Below, piece by piece: positions 50,959-64,000 of a stretch of 64,000 bases of DNA. Made by a program: the position numbers and the translations under genes. A model generated the notes under the pieces. That model worked only from the letters and a program-made list of their open reading frames with translations. It was not told the origin of the DNA and did not search any database. The stretch spans positions 12,958,001 through 13,022,000 of the forward strand of contig CM120649.1 in NCBI GenBank assembly GCA_051362555.1, in the 5' to 3' direction. Positions within the stretch are counted from its first letter, which is position 1; every line of letters starts with the position of its first letter. The stretch is from Lingula anatina. Taxonomy: Eukaryota; Animalia; Brachiopoda.

Positions 50959-53900
50959 ATGGGAAATGTGACATCATCTGTGCGTGACTACCTTGGCTAT
51001 GCACCAGAAGCCAGTCCAGCAGATCTAGTGGACACCAGTCCTAGTAACACAGAGGATGAGGAGGAGAGGGAAGACGTGGCTCCTGATGATGTGTATTTAG
51101 GTAACATTTATTTGAATATAAGTCCCAAGAAATGGTGGCCCAAACATAATGAAAATAATAGAAAAAAATGATCAAATTGATAATAGAATAATGTCATTTA
51201 AATGAAACTAACATTTACTGGCTCCATAAACACATGAAGATAATAAAATGTTTTATATCTTTCGTTTAGAGCCTGTGGAAGGCATTTCTTCTTTAGATCA
51301 ACCAAATAATACTCAGGCAGCTAAGCAGCTAGAACGTAAATGCCCTAATGAAGGCCTGGTATGGGACATTGATACCTCTGATTTCAACAAACCAGCCACA
51401 CAGAATACAAAAGGAAAAAAGAAGAAAAAGAAAGCTCAGGATGGTGAGATATAAAAATGACTGTATCTAATTGATAGTTTGGAATTGGTCTCTCCTTTTG
51501 TATTTTTAAGGTACCTCATAAATATGCATTCCTTTTATTTTAAGTTCAGATTTTTCAGGTGTCCTTAGTGTTTAGTTTTCATCCTATTTGCATAGTATTT
51601 CAAGTTATTATTTTCTGATTTGACAAGTTAGTTAAGGCAAACTTACCTGTTTTTCATAAAAAGGCTGTTGCTTTTTTCAGCACAAACAAATGAGTCTGCC
51701 CCAACCAAGAAGCACCTTAGTAAGATAGCCCAGGCAAAGTTGATCAACAAGGGCATTCCTTACACACCCCCCTCCAACCAGGCCACAAGTGAATTGATGG
51801 CTCAGAGAAAAGTCCTAGATCTGAAAAGATGGTGAGTGTAAAGGTACAGCATTTGTGGGTTTGGAACATATCATTGGATATTAGACTGGAAGGTGTAATA
51901 TGAGCAAAATGCCTTATGAATTGGAGAGTAATTTACTCCATGATAGAGTAAAAAAGATAGTGGTTATCGTGTATCTTGTGTATTTTGCCTTTCCTGTATT
52001 TGTGAATAAATTACAAATGCCTCACTGTCTCATGGTGTATCTATTACAAATTTTCATTTTGTGCAGTACTTGTCTATTATATCAGGTACTGTATGAGTCG
52101 ACCCCAGTACAAGACATCGTGTGGCCTGTCTTCTGTGGTCTCCTGTTGGAACTACCTGTTTAGCAAGCTGGGAGTTGGAAAGTAAGCTGTTTTATACAAG
52201 AATCAAATTGTTTAGTTAATTAATTAATTTTGTTCTTATCAATTTCCATGTTTGTTGCAAATACTTAAATGATATTTGCAGAAATAAAAAAATAATGTAC
52301 AAAAAATTAATAATAATGGGTAATTTTCATTTTCAGTCTCCGTCCTATCACCCAGGAAGAGGCTCTAGTCATCCTGGGGTTCCACGGCCCAGACTTCTCT
52401 GCCATACGATTTGGACCGTTCACTGGCAATGCTACACTCATGAGGTACGTTGCCTCACTCCCAGATGCACTAATTGGGTGTCCACTAGATTTTGAGCTTT
52501 GGGAACACTTTTTGATTTTGTCTAAAGAAAGAGAAAATAATATAGGGCAAGTCTTTTTGAAATTGGGTATAATTTTTTTAAAATAAAATTAGAGACATCC
52601 AGAAGTTGCATAAATTTAAAAGAAATTAAAAAAAGGTTATTTGCAAGTGCTAGTAAGGCCCATGTCAGACACTGAATGTTGATGAGTTGAAAATGACAAG
52701 TCTTTAAAAGGAGTTAATGTTAGAAATATTTACGTGCTTTTGTAAATTTTGAAATATAATTTTGATACTTAATAGAAAACTTCATAATTAAAGTTTATTG
52801 CACTGTATTACAGATATAATTGTCAATGTTTATGTGCATCGTTGCAGGTGGTTTAGACAAATAAATGACCATTTCAAAGTCAGAGGAAGAACATACTACC
52901 TATACAAACCCAATGGGCTCAACAAAACCTATGGGGTTTCCTCTGAAAGTGCCTTGAAGTCTTTAAAAGCTGGTCTTGCTGGGGACGAAACTTGTTTCAT
53001 ATATCACTGCCAGAACCATTATTTCTGTCCCATTGGGTACGAGGATGTTCCACTGTTAGCCTCTGATGCCTACAGGTAGGGGATTTGGGTGGTGTCAGTG
53101 TTCTATTGTCATGTAGAGTGTATACACTATAACAGTATGTAACAAAGTTGCCAATATTGGTTCATTTTTGTAGTGACGAGTGAGATTAAAGGCTTGCAAT
53201 AAATGTTTAACCTTGTATATAATAAAAAAAAGTATTTTAGGTAATTTTCATCAAATTTGACGAAACAGGTAAGTTCTGTCCAAAACTGTTCAGGAAGTTG
53301 TGATCTTTAATTACCTATAATTCAAGTTTTTAAAGTTTCTTTTTACCTTCACGTGTTATTACTAGCAGTCTCTATCTCCATTTTAAAAGTTAATTAAAAA
53401 TTACAAATTTCAAATTCAAAACAGGTGTGTGTGTGTGTGTGTGTGTGTGTTTAAATTACAAATTTTGTTGACATTTTGTGACTGAAGTTGAGTTTTGTTA
53501 AATTTTGATAGGTGTCCCTTATCCCAAGAAGAAGTAGAAACATGGATTCTGATTGGAGACCCGAGTAGAAAACACCCAGGAATGCACTGTAAAAAGTGAG
53601 TTTCACTGAATGTTTATATATGAGGGGATCATTTTAGCCAAGAATTTCATCAGTTGGGTTATGCACTCAAAGTTACAATCATCTTTTTTTTTCTGTCAAA
53701 ATTTCTTTTTTTTTTTAAATAACTTCTTATGTGCTACACGTCGTGAGCTGTTTAATCACCTTCAAAGTTAAATCCTGACTTTTCAGATGGGAAGATGTCT
53801 CAACAGACCTGAACTGCCAAAACCCAGACTACATGGACATCAGGCGTCTGGAGAAGGGAATGATGAAGAGGAACACCAAGAAGGTTGGCGGAAACCTCCA

Positions 53901-54117
53901 CTGCATCATGGCGTTTCAACGAAGCCACTACAAAGGCGTTAAAGACGTCAGAGATTCCTTGGAAGTTGGGGCTGGGGGAGAGAACAAATGGACTGAGCCA
54001 GTTTCACAATCTGTTTTATGTAATAAGCGGGTGATAAAAGTTATTGAGAGCGAGGAAGTGCCTTCGTCTAATTCTGAATCTGAGTGTATGTCAGAATCTG
54101 AGGACTCCAGTGATTAG
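50959..54117 (+). CDS. BIVM: Basic immunoglobulin-like variable motif-containing protein, ~437 aa, 8 coding exons
   Basis: Exons 50959-51100, 51270-51443, 51681-51831, 52086-52181, 52337-52444, 52848-53075, 53512-53595, 53787-54117 (1314 nt). Signature [79 protein letters not shown]. Confidence 0.92.
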
Positions 54118-54148
54118 AAAAATGCTTGGTATTAGAAAACAGAGTTGG

Positions 54149-54192
<44 letters not shown>

Positions 54193-55465
54193 TTTAGTAA
54201 AACCAATATCAGAGAACTTTACTCTTGACTGTTACGCAGAGTTTAGAATAAAAAATTTGATTGATCAAATGCATGTGGAATGCACAGTAGCAAAGATTTT
54301 TAAAACAGAATAATAGTTGTTGCAATTAGGCTCTCATAGATGCACAGGCATTTTTATATAATTTATTGCATCGCTCTCAAAAAATTGTGTTTCTATTTAC
54401 TTCATATATATCGTAAAAGACTTTAACACAGCAAAGATTTTTTCCTTTGTTTTATTGTATGTTTGTACAAATTTGCACATTGTGCAACATTTGTTTAAAA
54501 TTTTATAATTATTTATTTGAAAAAAATTTTGGTTCAAATTGTGTCAACTTTTTTAAGTTGAAAAACTTTCCGTCCAACTTAACAGGGAACTTTGAATAAA
54601 TCATGCATTTGTATTGTTACATCAACTTACATGTAAATATATATATATATATCTTGATACATATAGTAGTGTATTCTTATACAGAAATATATTTTGTTTG
54701 TAAATTATTGAAATTAATAAGCTAATTAAGTTATTGACTTTTAGTTAAAAGATTATATCTTACGAATGTTAATGAAAGTTCTGTTAATATACATTCAGTG
54801 TTTGAACTTTTTAACACTATAACTATATTTTAATAAATATTATTATGCTAATAAAATTTGTGAAAAATCACCAAGTACATTTTAGCATTAGAATCAGAAT
54901 GTACTTACCTATAGATAAATAAAACATTTTTTTTTTTGTGTCTGCAAAGCACACTTTGTCAGTTTTTCATAGTAATAATAATAATAAACAAATTAATAAA
55001 TATAAATAAATAAATGAAACCTAAACTTATAAAAATTTAAAAATACTGATACAATTAGAATTCTAATTAAAATTAAAACTTTTCTCAATTTTTCATTAGT
55101 CTCTACAGAAAAAATGTAAATATATATACATTTATTTTTTTTTCAAAATGGAAAAAGGGAGTAGAACGATTAATAAACGTGGGTATTCAGTTTTAAAAAA
55201 TGGTAATAGCTAGTAAGCCTTTAGTGTTGGAGTTGCACGTTGCAGCGTCAACCTCAACCTGAAGCAGACAGTCTGAATTATAGCCTCAAACCTAAATCCA
55301 TATTTGGCATATAATTAAATATTTTTATAGTAAAGAATAAAATTAAATCAATATCATCAGTTAAAATTGTGATTTATGTGTAAAGCAACACAATATGATG
55401 AGGGTAATTTTCGTTATGGGATTAAAGAGTTAAGATCCAAAAGGTCAAGGTCGCGCGTCGTCAAC

Positions 55466-58168
55466 ATGGCTTTTGCACAGTTGCTCGCCGGTTGGGTCCA
55501 ACTTTTGGTCCCACAACCTTGTTTTGACAAATTTTTCGTAGATTTTGACTTCTTTGACGGTAAGTGCTAGTGTTGCTCTCATTTGATTAAGAATATGGGT
55601 TATATTTTTCAGTTTTAAGATATCAAGGTACCGGCTTGAAATATGGATCTTTACCAGTTTTGTCATACAGTGTGGACCCCCCTCCGCCCCATTTTCAATT
55701 CCTTTAGAATCTGTTGCCTTCATTGTAGCAGAGGCATTTGTAATTTCAAGCATTTCAACAATGAGATATCAGTAAATGAACTCCAGTGCATCCATTGTAA
55801 GCAGTGGCATAAAATTTGGTATGCTATACGATAATACCATATATTATCTTTACACAGGCCAGGCTAACTCTTAGCCTTAGCCTTAGGGGTGGAAATTGCT
55901 AGCTTTTACTTCAGTTGAAGTTTCATGTGATGTTATAAAAACGTATCCATACAGTCACAACTAATGTTATAAATGGATGATTAGCCATTCAATCCAATTA
56001 ATCTGCCAGTGAAATTATGATTTGGATTGAAGAAATGCATTTCATCATTATCAACTTGTAGGTACTTAATTATGTTTTCTTTGTCAATAGTTCATGTATT
56101 TTTGATTTTTTTCTATTTACAGTACCATGTTTGAAGATTGTCATCAGCAAGTGTCTAGGATATGGGATTATCCTTGGCTCAGTATTAGGTATGCATACTT
56201 AGACTGCCTCTTATCTAAACAGATTTAATTTTAGAATTCTCATGTCCACTTTACAAAAGCTATAAGCAAAACTCATTTACCATATTTGAACATTACATAT
56301 AACGAAACATGGCCCATCTCTGAATTGCTATACTTTTCCTTCTTTTCGTCTTGCTAGAAATAATGAAATGGTAACAATATTTCCACTATTTTGAGTTGAA
56401 GTACTGGAACATGAAGTACAGAATTTGAAGCTAGGATTTTGAAATTCAGTTTCTTTCTGAGGCATGCTGCGTAGGCTCCATAGAATTATTTAAAGATCAA
56501 TCTGAACAAAATTATCCATCCAAAATTCAAGTTGGACAGTAGCTCATGGCCCAATGGCATATAATATAGTGTAATGTCACATACTTTTTATTCACTTGAT
56601 AATTATTTCAGTGAAAGTTCCTCAGATTGTCAAAATCATCTCAGCCAGGAGTGGAGAGGGTATTAGCATGCCCAGTACTGTGTTAGAGCTCACAGCTGTG
56701 ATAGCCTCTGCTGCTTACGGATATGCAAACAAATTTCCATTCAGGTGAGTGGGGGCCAGTGATAACGTTTGGATTAAAGGGATATATGATTTAGTTGCAA
56801 ATGATTAGCCAGTTATGTAGACTGCAATGTCTTCCTATACATTTCAAAAGGAAACTTTGACATTTTTTTATTTGTGAAATTTAATGATGCTTCAAGGTCT
56901 GATTTGGGAAAGATTTACAGGTTTACAAGATGTGTAGACGTACAAAATATGAATTTGGAACACTCCTTTCTTGGCCAAGTTAGGGATGAGCAGTGTTAAA
57001 ATATGTTATTATGGGTCCATTTTTTAGTTGTTAAAAGAACTGGAGACTGAAAATGGGTCTTTCCCTCACTATCTTTCAAAGCTGTTAAGATTATTTTTGT
57101 TCAAAAATGAACCCTCTAAATAATCCACCATTTGTCTTTTCAGTGCTTACGGAGAAGGCATCTTCATGATGATACAGACCCTACTGGTGGGGTGTCTTGT
57201 CTTGCACTTCAGTGGCAACACAGGTGGCGCCCTCGGCTTCTTCCTCATTGTCTCTGGTATAGTAGGGTTCCTGATGTCTCCGGCGGCACCGCTGTCACTG
57301 CTGTGGGCACTCCAGGCCAGTAATATGCCTATTGTGGCTTTGAGCAAGGTCTGTATTACTTCACATTATTCACAGCATGACATAAAGTGATACTTGTACT
57401 TTATCTTAAAGAAATTTTGACAGTAAATAGAAACTTGTACTGGTTGCAAGTAACTATCAGTTACAGCACCCCATGTTCCATGCATTTCACTTATTCCAGT
57501 ATTTCATTTTCTCAAGATTAACATTTTAAACTTTTAATTTATTTACAAAAATGTATATACAAAAATAAGAGACTGATTGCAGCATGTGTTGCTAAAGAAA
57601 TGTTTTGCTAGTTGTGATACCATAAGGAACGAGTCCTGTAAATTGTGCTAGACCATACCAAGACACTGTGGGATGATTTCTTTTCCTTAAAATTGGGATG
57701 ATGTTGGTTAGTAGCTAGATTTATACCCCAAAATTAACTAATAGAATTTTGAAAACCTGGTTTAAAGCACACAAAGACTGAGCAGTGTCTTAAATTGGAT
57801 GACTTTGCTTCAGATGATGGTACCAAAAATAAGTTGAATATTTTTCCTGAATTCTTACCTTAGTGTTTTAATTTGTCCCAGTTTGCCTCTGTGCCAGTTA
57901 ATGTTATCAAAAGATACTGAATGGTTTTTTTTATCCACAGATGATCCAGGCCTTGGAGAACTTCAAGAACCAAAGCACAGGGCAGCTGTCAGCCATCACA
58001 ATATACCTACTGTTTCTGGGATCTGTGGCCAGAATATTCACATCCATACAGGAGACAGGGGACAACATTGTTATCTTGACTTTTGTGGTCTCCACAATAT
58101 GTAACGGCATTTTAGCCATGCAGATAGTACTCTACTGGAATGCTGAAAAGAAACCCAAGAAGGAGTAA
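55466..58168 (+). CDS. MPDU1: Mannose-P-dolichol utilization defect 1 (PQ-loop protein), ~241 aa, 5 exons
   Basis: Exons 55466-55559, 56123-56188, 56612-56744, 57144-57348, 57941-58168 (726 nt). Motifs [58 protein letters not shown]-terminal KKPKKE. Confidence 0.93.
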
Positions 58169-59222
58169 AAATTAGGGCATTTACTTTAAAGAGATAATTG
58201 TTCTTTTTGTAAATATGTAAATGCAGAGAAATACATTGTGTGAACTTGGGGTTTAATTTAATAAGAGGGAGATGGTTTGATGGGTCACAGGATCAGTTTT
58301 AGAGAATTTGAAGTGTGGTAAAGAGCATTTTAACGATGTTCTTGACCAAGAAAGTGACTAACACTTTTACATTCAAGAGATTAAAGGAATCATTCCAAGA
58401 CTCGGTATTTTTTTTTAATGGTGGAATTATGATTTACATGCTGGATATCATAATGAATAATGCTGAACACTTTATAATGTTAATTTATAGACTAGTTTCT
58501 GTGACAGAACATAAATATTTAGAAAGTGAATAGGGGTTTGATGGAGGGGGGGGGGGGGGGGTGAAAAACAGGTAGCCCATTTCAGTTATCTACATATACA
58601 GCCAGACTTGAACTGTGTTGTAAAAACCCATGAATGAGTATTTTTATCAAAAACAACTAGATCTGGCAGCTGTTGATAAAGCTACAATCAATAAAAATCG
58701 ATTTGTTACTATTATATTGAAATTTGTTGTTTATGTAATAAGAATCGGTGGCAATTGCAAATTTACAAAAAATAAATAAATAAATAAATAAAAATAAAAA
58801 AAATAATAATAATAAATAAATAAATAAATTAAATAAAATAAATCAAAAATAAAATTAAAAAAAAAAACGAACGTTTTCTTTATCTGTTTTAGTAGTGATT
58901 TTTTAGGAATAGAAATGTTTTACATGGAAATAACATTACAATCTCCCTCGTACAGAACTGTAAACAATATCGGTATTTCTGCCTGAGTTTCTTAGGTCAA
59001 TCAGGGACCCTGTTAAAAATAAGTTGCTTTTCTTTGAAAAATGTAAAAGAATTTGCTGGAAGCGCGCATAGATATTCAAGGTTGACTCTTGAAATTATGC
59101 AGGCCAATGTTAAACCATATAATGCGGTAGATGTGACTTTCTGAGATGTGCTGATTGTGAAGTAAGCGCAGCTGTAGCAACGCGGAGCCTGAGCTGTGGG
59201 AAAAGGGCAAAAAAATGTACAG

Positions 59223-59526
59223 AACTAGAAAAGCACTCCGAGATGCGCAGACCTCCGCCAAGACAGCAAAGTCTCCATCCAATGCCGTTTCACCCTAAAT
59301 TTTCATTTTATAATGATTTAGTTTTTTGATTTTTGATTATTAATTGATTATTGATTGATTGTTGATCCGAATCACCACCAAAATCAAATCATCTGTTCCT
59401 TGGCCCACTTCTGACAGTTCCTGAAAATTTCATCAAAATCGGTCCATAACTTTTTGAGTTATGTTGACGACAGACAGACAAACAAACAAACAGGGGTGAA
59501 AACATAACCTCCTTGGCGGAGGTAAT
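59223..59526 (+). mobile_element. Non-autonomous Helentron/HINE-like element
   Basis: AACTAGAAAAGCACTCCGAG..GACCTCCGCCAAG at 5', (GACA/AACA)n microsatellite, 3' hairpin ACCTCCTTGGCGGAGGT. Further copies at 9524-9736 (+), 12555-12727 (-) and a fragment at 14728-14755. Confidence 0.75.
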
Positions 59527-62519
59527 TAGCCAAAGAGCCTGTGAATATATAGTGAAAAATTCCCTCTGTGACCCTGGAACGAGGCACAAGATTTAAAAAG
59601 CATTGCTGCTTCTTTTGAATTGCAAAAACTGTATTGTGCGAAAATAAAATGATCGATCAAGACGTGCTTTCTCTCAGCACAAAATATTTTAGGGTGTTGG
59701 CGGTGGAGGGAAAAACTTACCGAAGGTACAACTTTCCGCGACTTTTGTGTATGCCAATTTAGGTTTATAATGTAATGAAATCGTGAACGTGGCCGCTATA
59801 CCCCTTTCAAAGCCTGTTGTAAGTTTTCCATGTATGTTTATTGCTTTACCGCGTACATCTTCCATTTACATGTATTTGAATTGCACTAGATAAGGTCAAA
59901 TAAGACACGTATGTGAACGGTAATAACTTTTTCGTAATGCACGCAGAGGATCATGTGTACCATCTTAAAACCTCTCTTAAATGGTAAGTCTCTACAGCTT
60001 ACTAGGCAGGTCAACTTTCAATGCTTATAAATGAAGTATAAATTTTCTACAGTAAAACCTAACACCTTATGTTGTACACTATATTGGGGGTATATCGAAC
60101 CTAGAAAAAGTTGCACAGCACAATCAATATCAAGACAAATAGGTACAAGAATTTGATCTGCGACACATTGTTGTCGTGTATTGATGGTTAGTAGCAATTA
60201 AAGTAGGCAACCATTCATACTGTGGAGCCGAAAAGATCGGCAACTCTGTAATTATCAGTGTGGATTGAGGGATGTGTCAGGGGGGTCCTGACCCCCCTTC
60301 GATATCTGAAAAAAAATCATACCAAGTAAAAATCATACCAAGGTAAAAATGGTAAAAATCATACCAAGAATTTTGACTAGCTGATTCATAGTTTTAAACC
60401 ATACCAAACTGCACCGTTCGCCCTGTAAAATACCAAAAAAATATAGGGGCTCTTTGCCGGGCCCTGAAACCCAAGCCAAGGGGGTTGGGGGTGGCTTTGT
60501 ATCCGCGGACCCCCTTCAAATAATCCTGGATCCACCCCTGACTCCTTGGGTCATTCATCACTATGGTTCTCAATCAATTCTTGCAATTGTGCACACGTTT
60601 TCATACCTGAGGTGAACTTTAGGCCGTGTGTAAACCTATAGAAAGCTTTATCCAGTAGGCATGCCTCTTTCTAGTACATGAACTTTCAGAAGACCCACAG
60701 TGACGTCAGGAAAAAATAACTCGAAAATACTTTTTTTAATTAAACCTGTTTATTCAACGTTCTTGGTGATTTCGGCACAAAAGTCCGCCCATTCATTGTC
60801 TACTTTAGTGGTTGCATGAAACGATAACATAGTATTCATGATAATCATGGGTTATAATTATTCACAGTGACGTCATAGTTCTCCCCGCCTGTATTGATTC
60901 TGCTCGTTTTTTATCTTTATCGATATATTTTCATTAACATTTCTTATGTTAGAGCAATTAGAAGCTTCTGCAAGATTCTAGAGTGAAGATAACAGCAGAT
61001 ACTAGTAAGTGGATTAAGTTAGAATAGAAAAAATAATGCTAATTTAGGTTTAGCATTATTCAGTTCGCATAATTAATTTGAATTTAATACTAGAAGACGT
61101 TCGAATAAGTAGAAAAATGCACTTATTTCTTGAAAAACTATAATAATTTATTAGTATATGCTCTACTTGTATATATATCTAGTGGAAAACACACCCGGAA
61201 TTTTAAATCCAATTCTCTCGAAAACAAGGTGCGTGTAAAGGTAAGCACTGTAATTCTTTAAAAAATCACTCAATATTACTTTATGTTATTGCTTCTGACA
61301 CAAACAGTTATAACCATACTACTTTCATCACAAAACATGCATGCCCAACCATGCAAAACGTTTTGACGTTTGCCGACGGCTTCAGCGGTAAATGGCACAA
61401 ATATGGTAAATGACTCAAGTTGCAGTTCGAATTCATTTATACCATGAGGAATTGATACTGTAAGCTAGGGATCATTCTTGGTTTCCTCGGGCGGTACTTG
61501 TTGGGCATCAGATCTGTAGCTTGTGTTTATTTTGATAAAGGAAAGGGAAAAGAGTGAAATACTTTTATGTAGGTTTTAAAGGGGACAATGCAACTCACAA
61601 GTATATAAAGTCAAGTAGACAAACAATAAAACAAAAATATGCTGTTTTTTTGGTACAACTGATCATCTTGGAAAAACAAACTTTGAACAAATTGTTTCGA
61701 TCTGATTTTAAAGATAAGAACAATAAAAAGTCACCAGTTACAGAGTATCATTAGGTCACAAACTATATTTCAAAAATATTTCGTCCATCGATTTCATCAT
61801 TGATCCACAGAAGCTCGTATTCTTTGACCCGCATTCCTCTACGGCAATATATTACCTTTTGTACAGAGAATCGTTTGCAGTTGCACTAGTACTAGTATGT
61901 GCACGTATCAACTTAAACTGAACAAACAAACTCTACTTTAACAGTCCTTGTTTTGGCAAATAGTATTTATATTATTGAACTAAAATTACAATTTTTTTCC
62001 ACGCAGGGAGTGCTTTGTAAGATTGTTTGCTTGCAGGAATATTTAGTCTTTTATTATGCTAATAATAAAGAAATAGCAACCGTTCGTATGCGATTCATAT
62101 TTCACAATAAATGCATTGTAAACAACTCACAAAAAAATGATAAATTTCATTTTACGCCAAAACGACCATTATCACAATTATTCAAGAATCTGTGCTTGTC
62201 ATCAGACAACGTGGACCTTTATATATGTGGCTATACCTCCTTATAATGTCTTTTAAAAAATTTATTACAAAAAACTTAACTGTTTAGAAAGAAAACATTG
62301 AATTACTCTGAATGTCGGAATCCATGGATTCATTAACCGTTGGTAAGAATGGGAAAATTGCCGTTTTCCCCGAAAAATAATTTATTCGACCAAAATGAAC
62401 ACTTGCTATCTCTTTAATCACACTATTAACCTACCCCTTCTGTTATCAAATCAATGTTTGTAGTTCATACAAACCTCGTCTCCATTTTAGCTTAAATCGC
62501 GGAGACAAAAATCCAGACA

Positions 62520-64000
62520 ATGACGGTAAGAAGAGGCATACTGCGGATGTTGGAGGTGAATGAGAATTGTGACCTACCAGAAGACATCACCTTATGGGGG
62601 AATCTAGACATCAGCAACAGGCGGATGACTAAACTGCCGTCAAGCATTGACAAGTGTGTTAATCTCAAGCTGATTAACATTAGTGGAAACGAACTGACAA
62701 CACTTCCGCCATCAATAGCAAAGCTCAAACATCTTAAATGCTTAGATATCTCGCGGAATCTTTTTAAAGAACTTCCCGTCGACGTGTGCGATGTTCCCTG
62801 TTTGGAGGAACTGAATGTTGGTCGAAATCACCTCATTGAGATGCCCCCGGACGTCGGTAGAATGACCAAGTTGAAAACCCTTGATATCTTTATGAATGAG
62901 TTTTGTGAATTTCCTGAATACGTTTGCGATTTGACCCAACTGGAAAACCTCGATTTGGGGCGCAACAAAATTGCTAATTTGCCAGAGAGGATCAGAAAAT
63001 TAGCCTCACTCAGAACCTTAAAGATCTATGGCAATGAGTTTACGGAGTTTCCTGAACAGATTTTGGGTTTCACGCTTTTGGAAGATCTAGATGTAAGCGC
63101 CAACAATATCAAGACTGTCCCTGAAGATATCGGACAGCTAACCAGTTTAAAGATTTTTGACATTTCGTGGAACGCTCTGGAAGACTTTCCCATCCACATT
63201 TGTCTCCTCTCTCAATTAATAGATATAAGATTAAATAAAAACAAGATTGGTTGCATACCAAAAGACATCCGCCGGCTTACCGAACTGAAATCGTTGAACA
63301 TTGATCAGAATGTGCTCGAAGAGTTTCCTGTTGACCTATGCCATCTCAAGTCTTTGGAGGCTTTGTCCATGGAGTGGAACAACATCCCGGAAGTCCCTGA
63401 AAGAATCGCCAAATTACAAAAGTTGAAGACAATCAGCCTTAACTACAACAAGATTACCCATTTACCAGAGCAACTTGAACATCTCGGGTCACTTGAAGAA
63501 TTGCACGTAATTGGCAATCCGCTCATTCAACCGCCCGAATCTGTATGCGAAAATGGGAAAGATGCCATCTTCCGTTTTCTACGTGGACTCAGAGAAACCA
63601 GAGCAGTTAAGGCAAGTAGACTGCAATTAAACTTACTCGGGGAACCGACAGGTGGTAAGAGCAGTCTGTCAAAATCGCTTCAGAAAGGGAAACCGATACT
63701 GACGGAGGAGGCGGACAGGACCCATGTGATAGAGCTAGCAGCCTGGAGCCCTGATGAGGAAGTCAGTTTTAACATCAATGACTTTGGTGGCCATGATGTG
63801 TACAAGGTTGGTTTCCCTATCTTCATTCACAAAAACGGCGTTTCTCTTGTCGTATTTGACCTCTCCGCGTATCAGTTCACAAAAGAACACTACGAAAAAC
63901 ATGTTGGCAATTGGGTGCGAACTGTCCAATCACGGACCCCCGAAACTGCCGTCACCATCGTCGGCACGCACCTTGACAAAGTTAAAGAAAGCAAGGCCAA
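62520..64000 (+). CDS. LRR-ROC (Roco family, MFHAS1/MASL1-like) GTPase, 5' part, runs off the window
   Basis: Open frame from ATG 62520 (in-frame TAA at 62493) to the window end. It is absent from the ORF track because it has no stop. About 14 LRRs of 23 aa, capping motif GNPLIQPPESVC, then G1 GEPTGGKSS, G2 RT, G3 DFGG, G4 VGTHLD. Confidence 0.92.
   Translation, partial: MTVRRGILRMLEVNENCDLPEDITLWGNLDISNRRMTKLPSSIDKCVNLKLINISGNELTTLPPSIAKLKHLKCLDISRNLFKELPVDVCDVPCLEELNVGRNHLIEMPPDVGRMTKLKTLDIFMNEFCEFPEYVCDLTQLENLDLGRNKIANLPERIRKLASLRTLKIYGNEFTEFPEQILGFTLLEDLDVSANNIKTVPEDIGQLTSLKIFDISWNALEDFPIHICLLSQLIDIRLNKNKIGCIPKDIRRLTELKSLNIDQNVLEEFPVDLCHLKSLEALSMEWNNIPEVPERIAKLQKLKTISLNYNKITHLPEQLEHLGSLEELHVIGNPLIQPPESVCENGKDAIFRFLRGLRETRAVKASRLQLNLLGEPTGGKSSLSKSLQKGKPILTEEADRTHVIELAAWSPDEEVSFNINDFGGHDVYKVGFPIFIHKNGVSLVVFDLSAYQFTKEHYEKHVGNWVRTVQSRTPETAVTIVGTHLDKVKESKA

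Overview
AT-rich, intron-containing animal genomic DNA. The gene content suggests a lophotrochozoan, probably a mollusc (inference). It is not prokaryotic, and I found no CRISPR array, rRNA or tRNA. Left 44 kb is a duplication-rich accessory region. It holds (i) two tandem astacin metalloprotease genes: copy 1 has a (TGGG)9 linker and 3 ShKT domains, while copy 2 is truncated by deletion and strongly shifted to basic residues; (ii) two divergently oriented IAP genes: a spliced, partly degenerate BIR-RING gene on the - strand and an intronless 3xBIR+UBA gene without RING on the + strand, with duplicated perfect NF-kB sites, two solo-LTR-like insertions and an 18x44-bp minisatellite; (iii) three paralogous intronless class-A GPCRs with non-canonical activation motifs and a long variable ECL1, one of them frameshifted, with a decayed Tc1 DD34E transposon between the first two. 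Right 20 kb holds conserved single-copy genes (CNTD1 head-to-head with BIVM, then MPDU1) and the 5' part of an intronless LRR-ROC (Roco, MFHAS1-like) gene that runs off the window. Many MITEs and Helentron-like elements are interspersed. All exon models were traced by eye from GT-AG sites and phase continuity. No searches were run.
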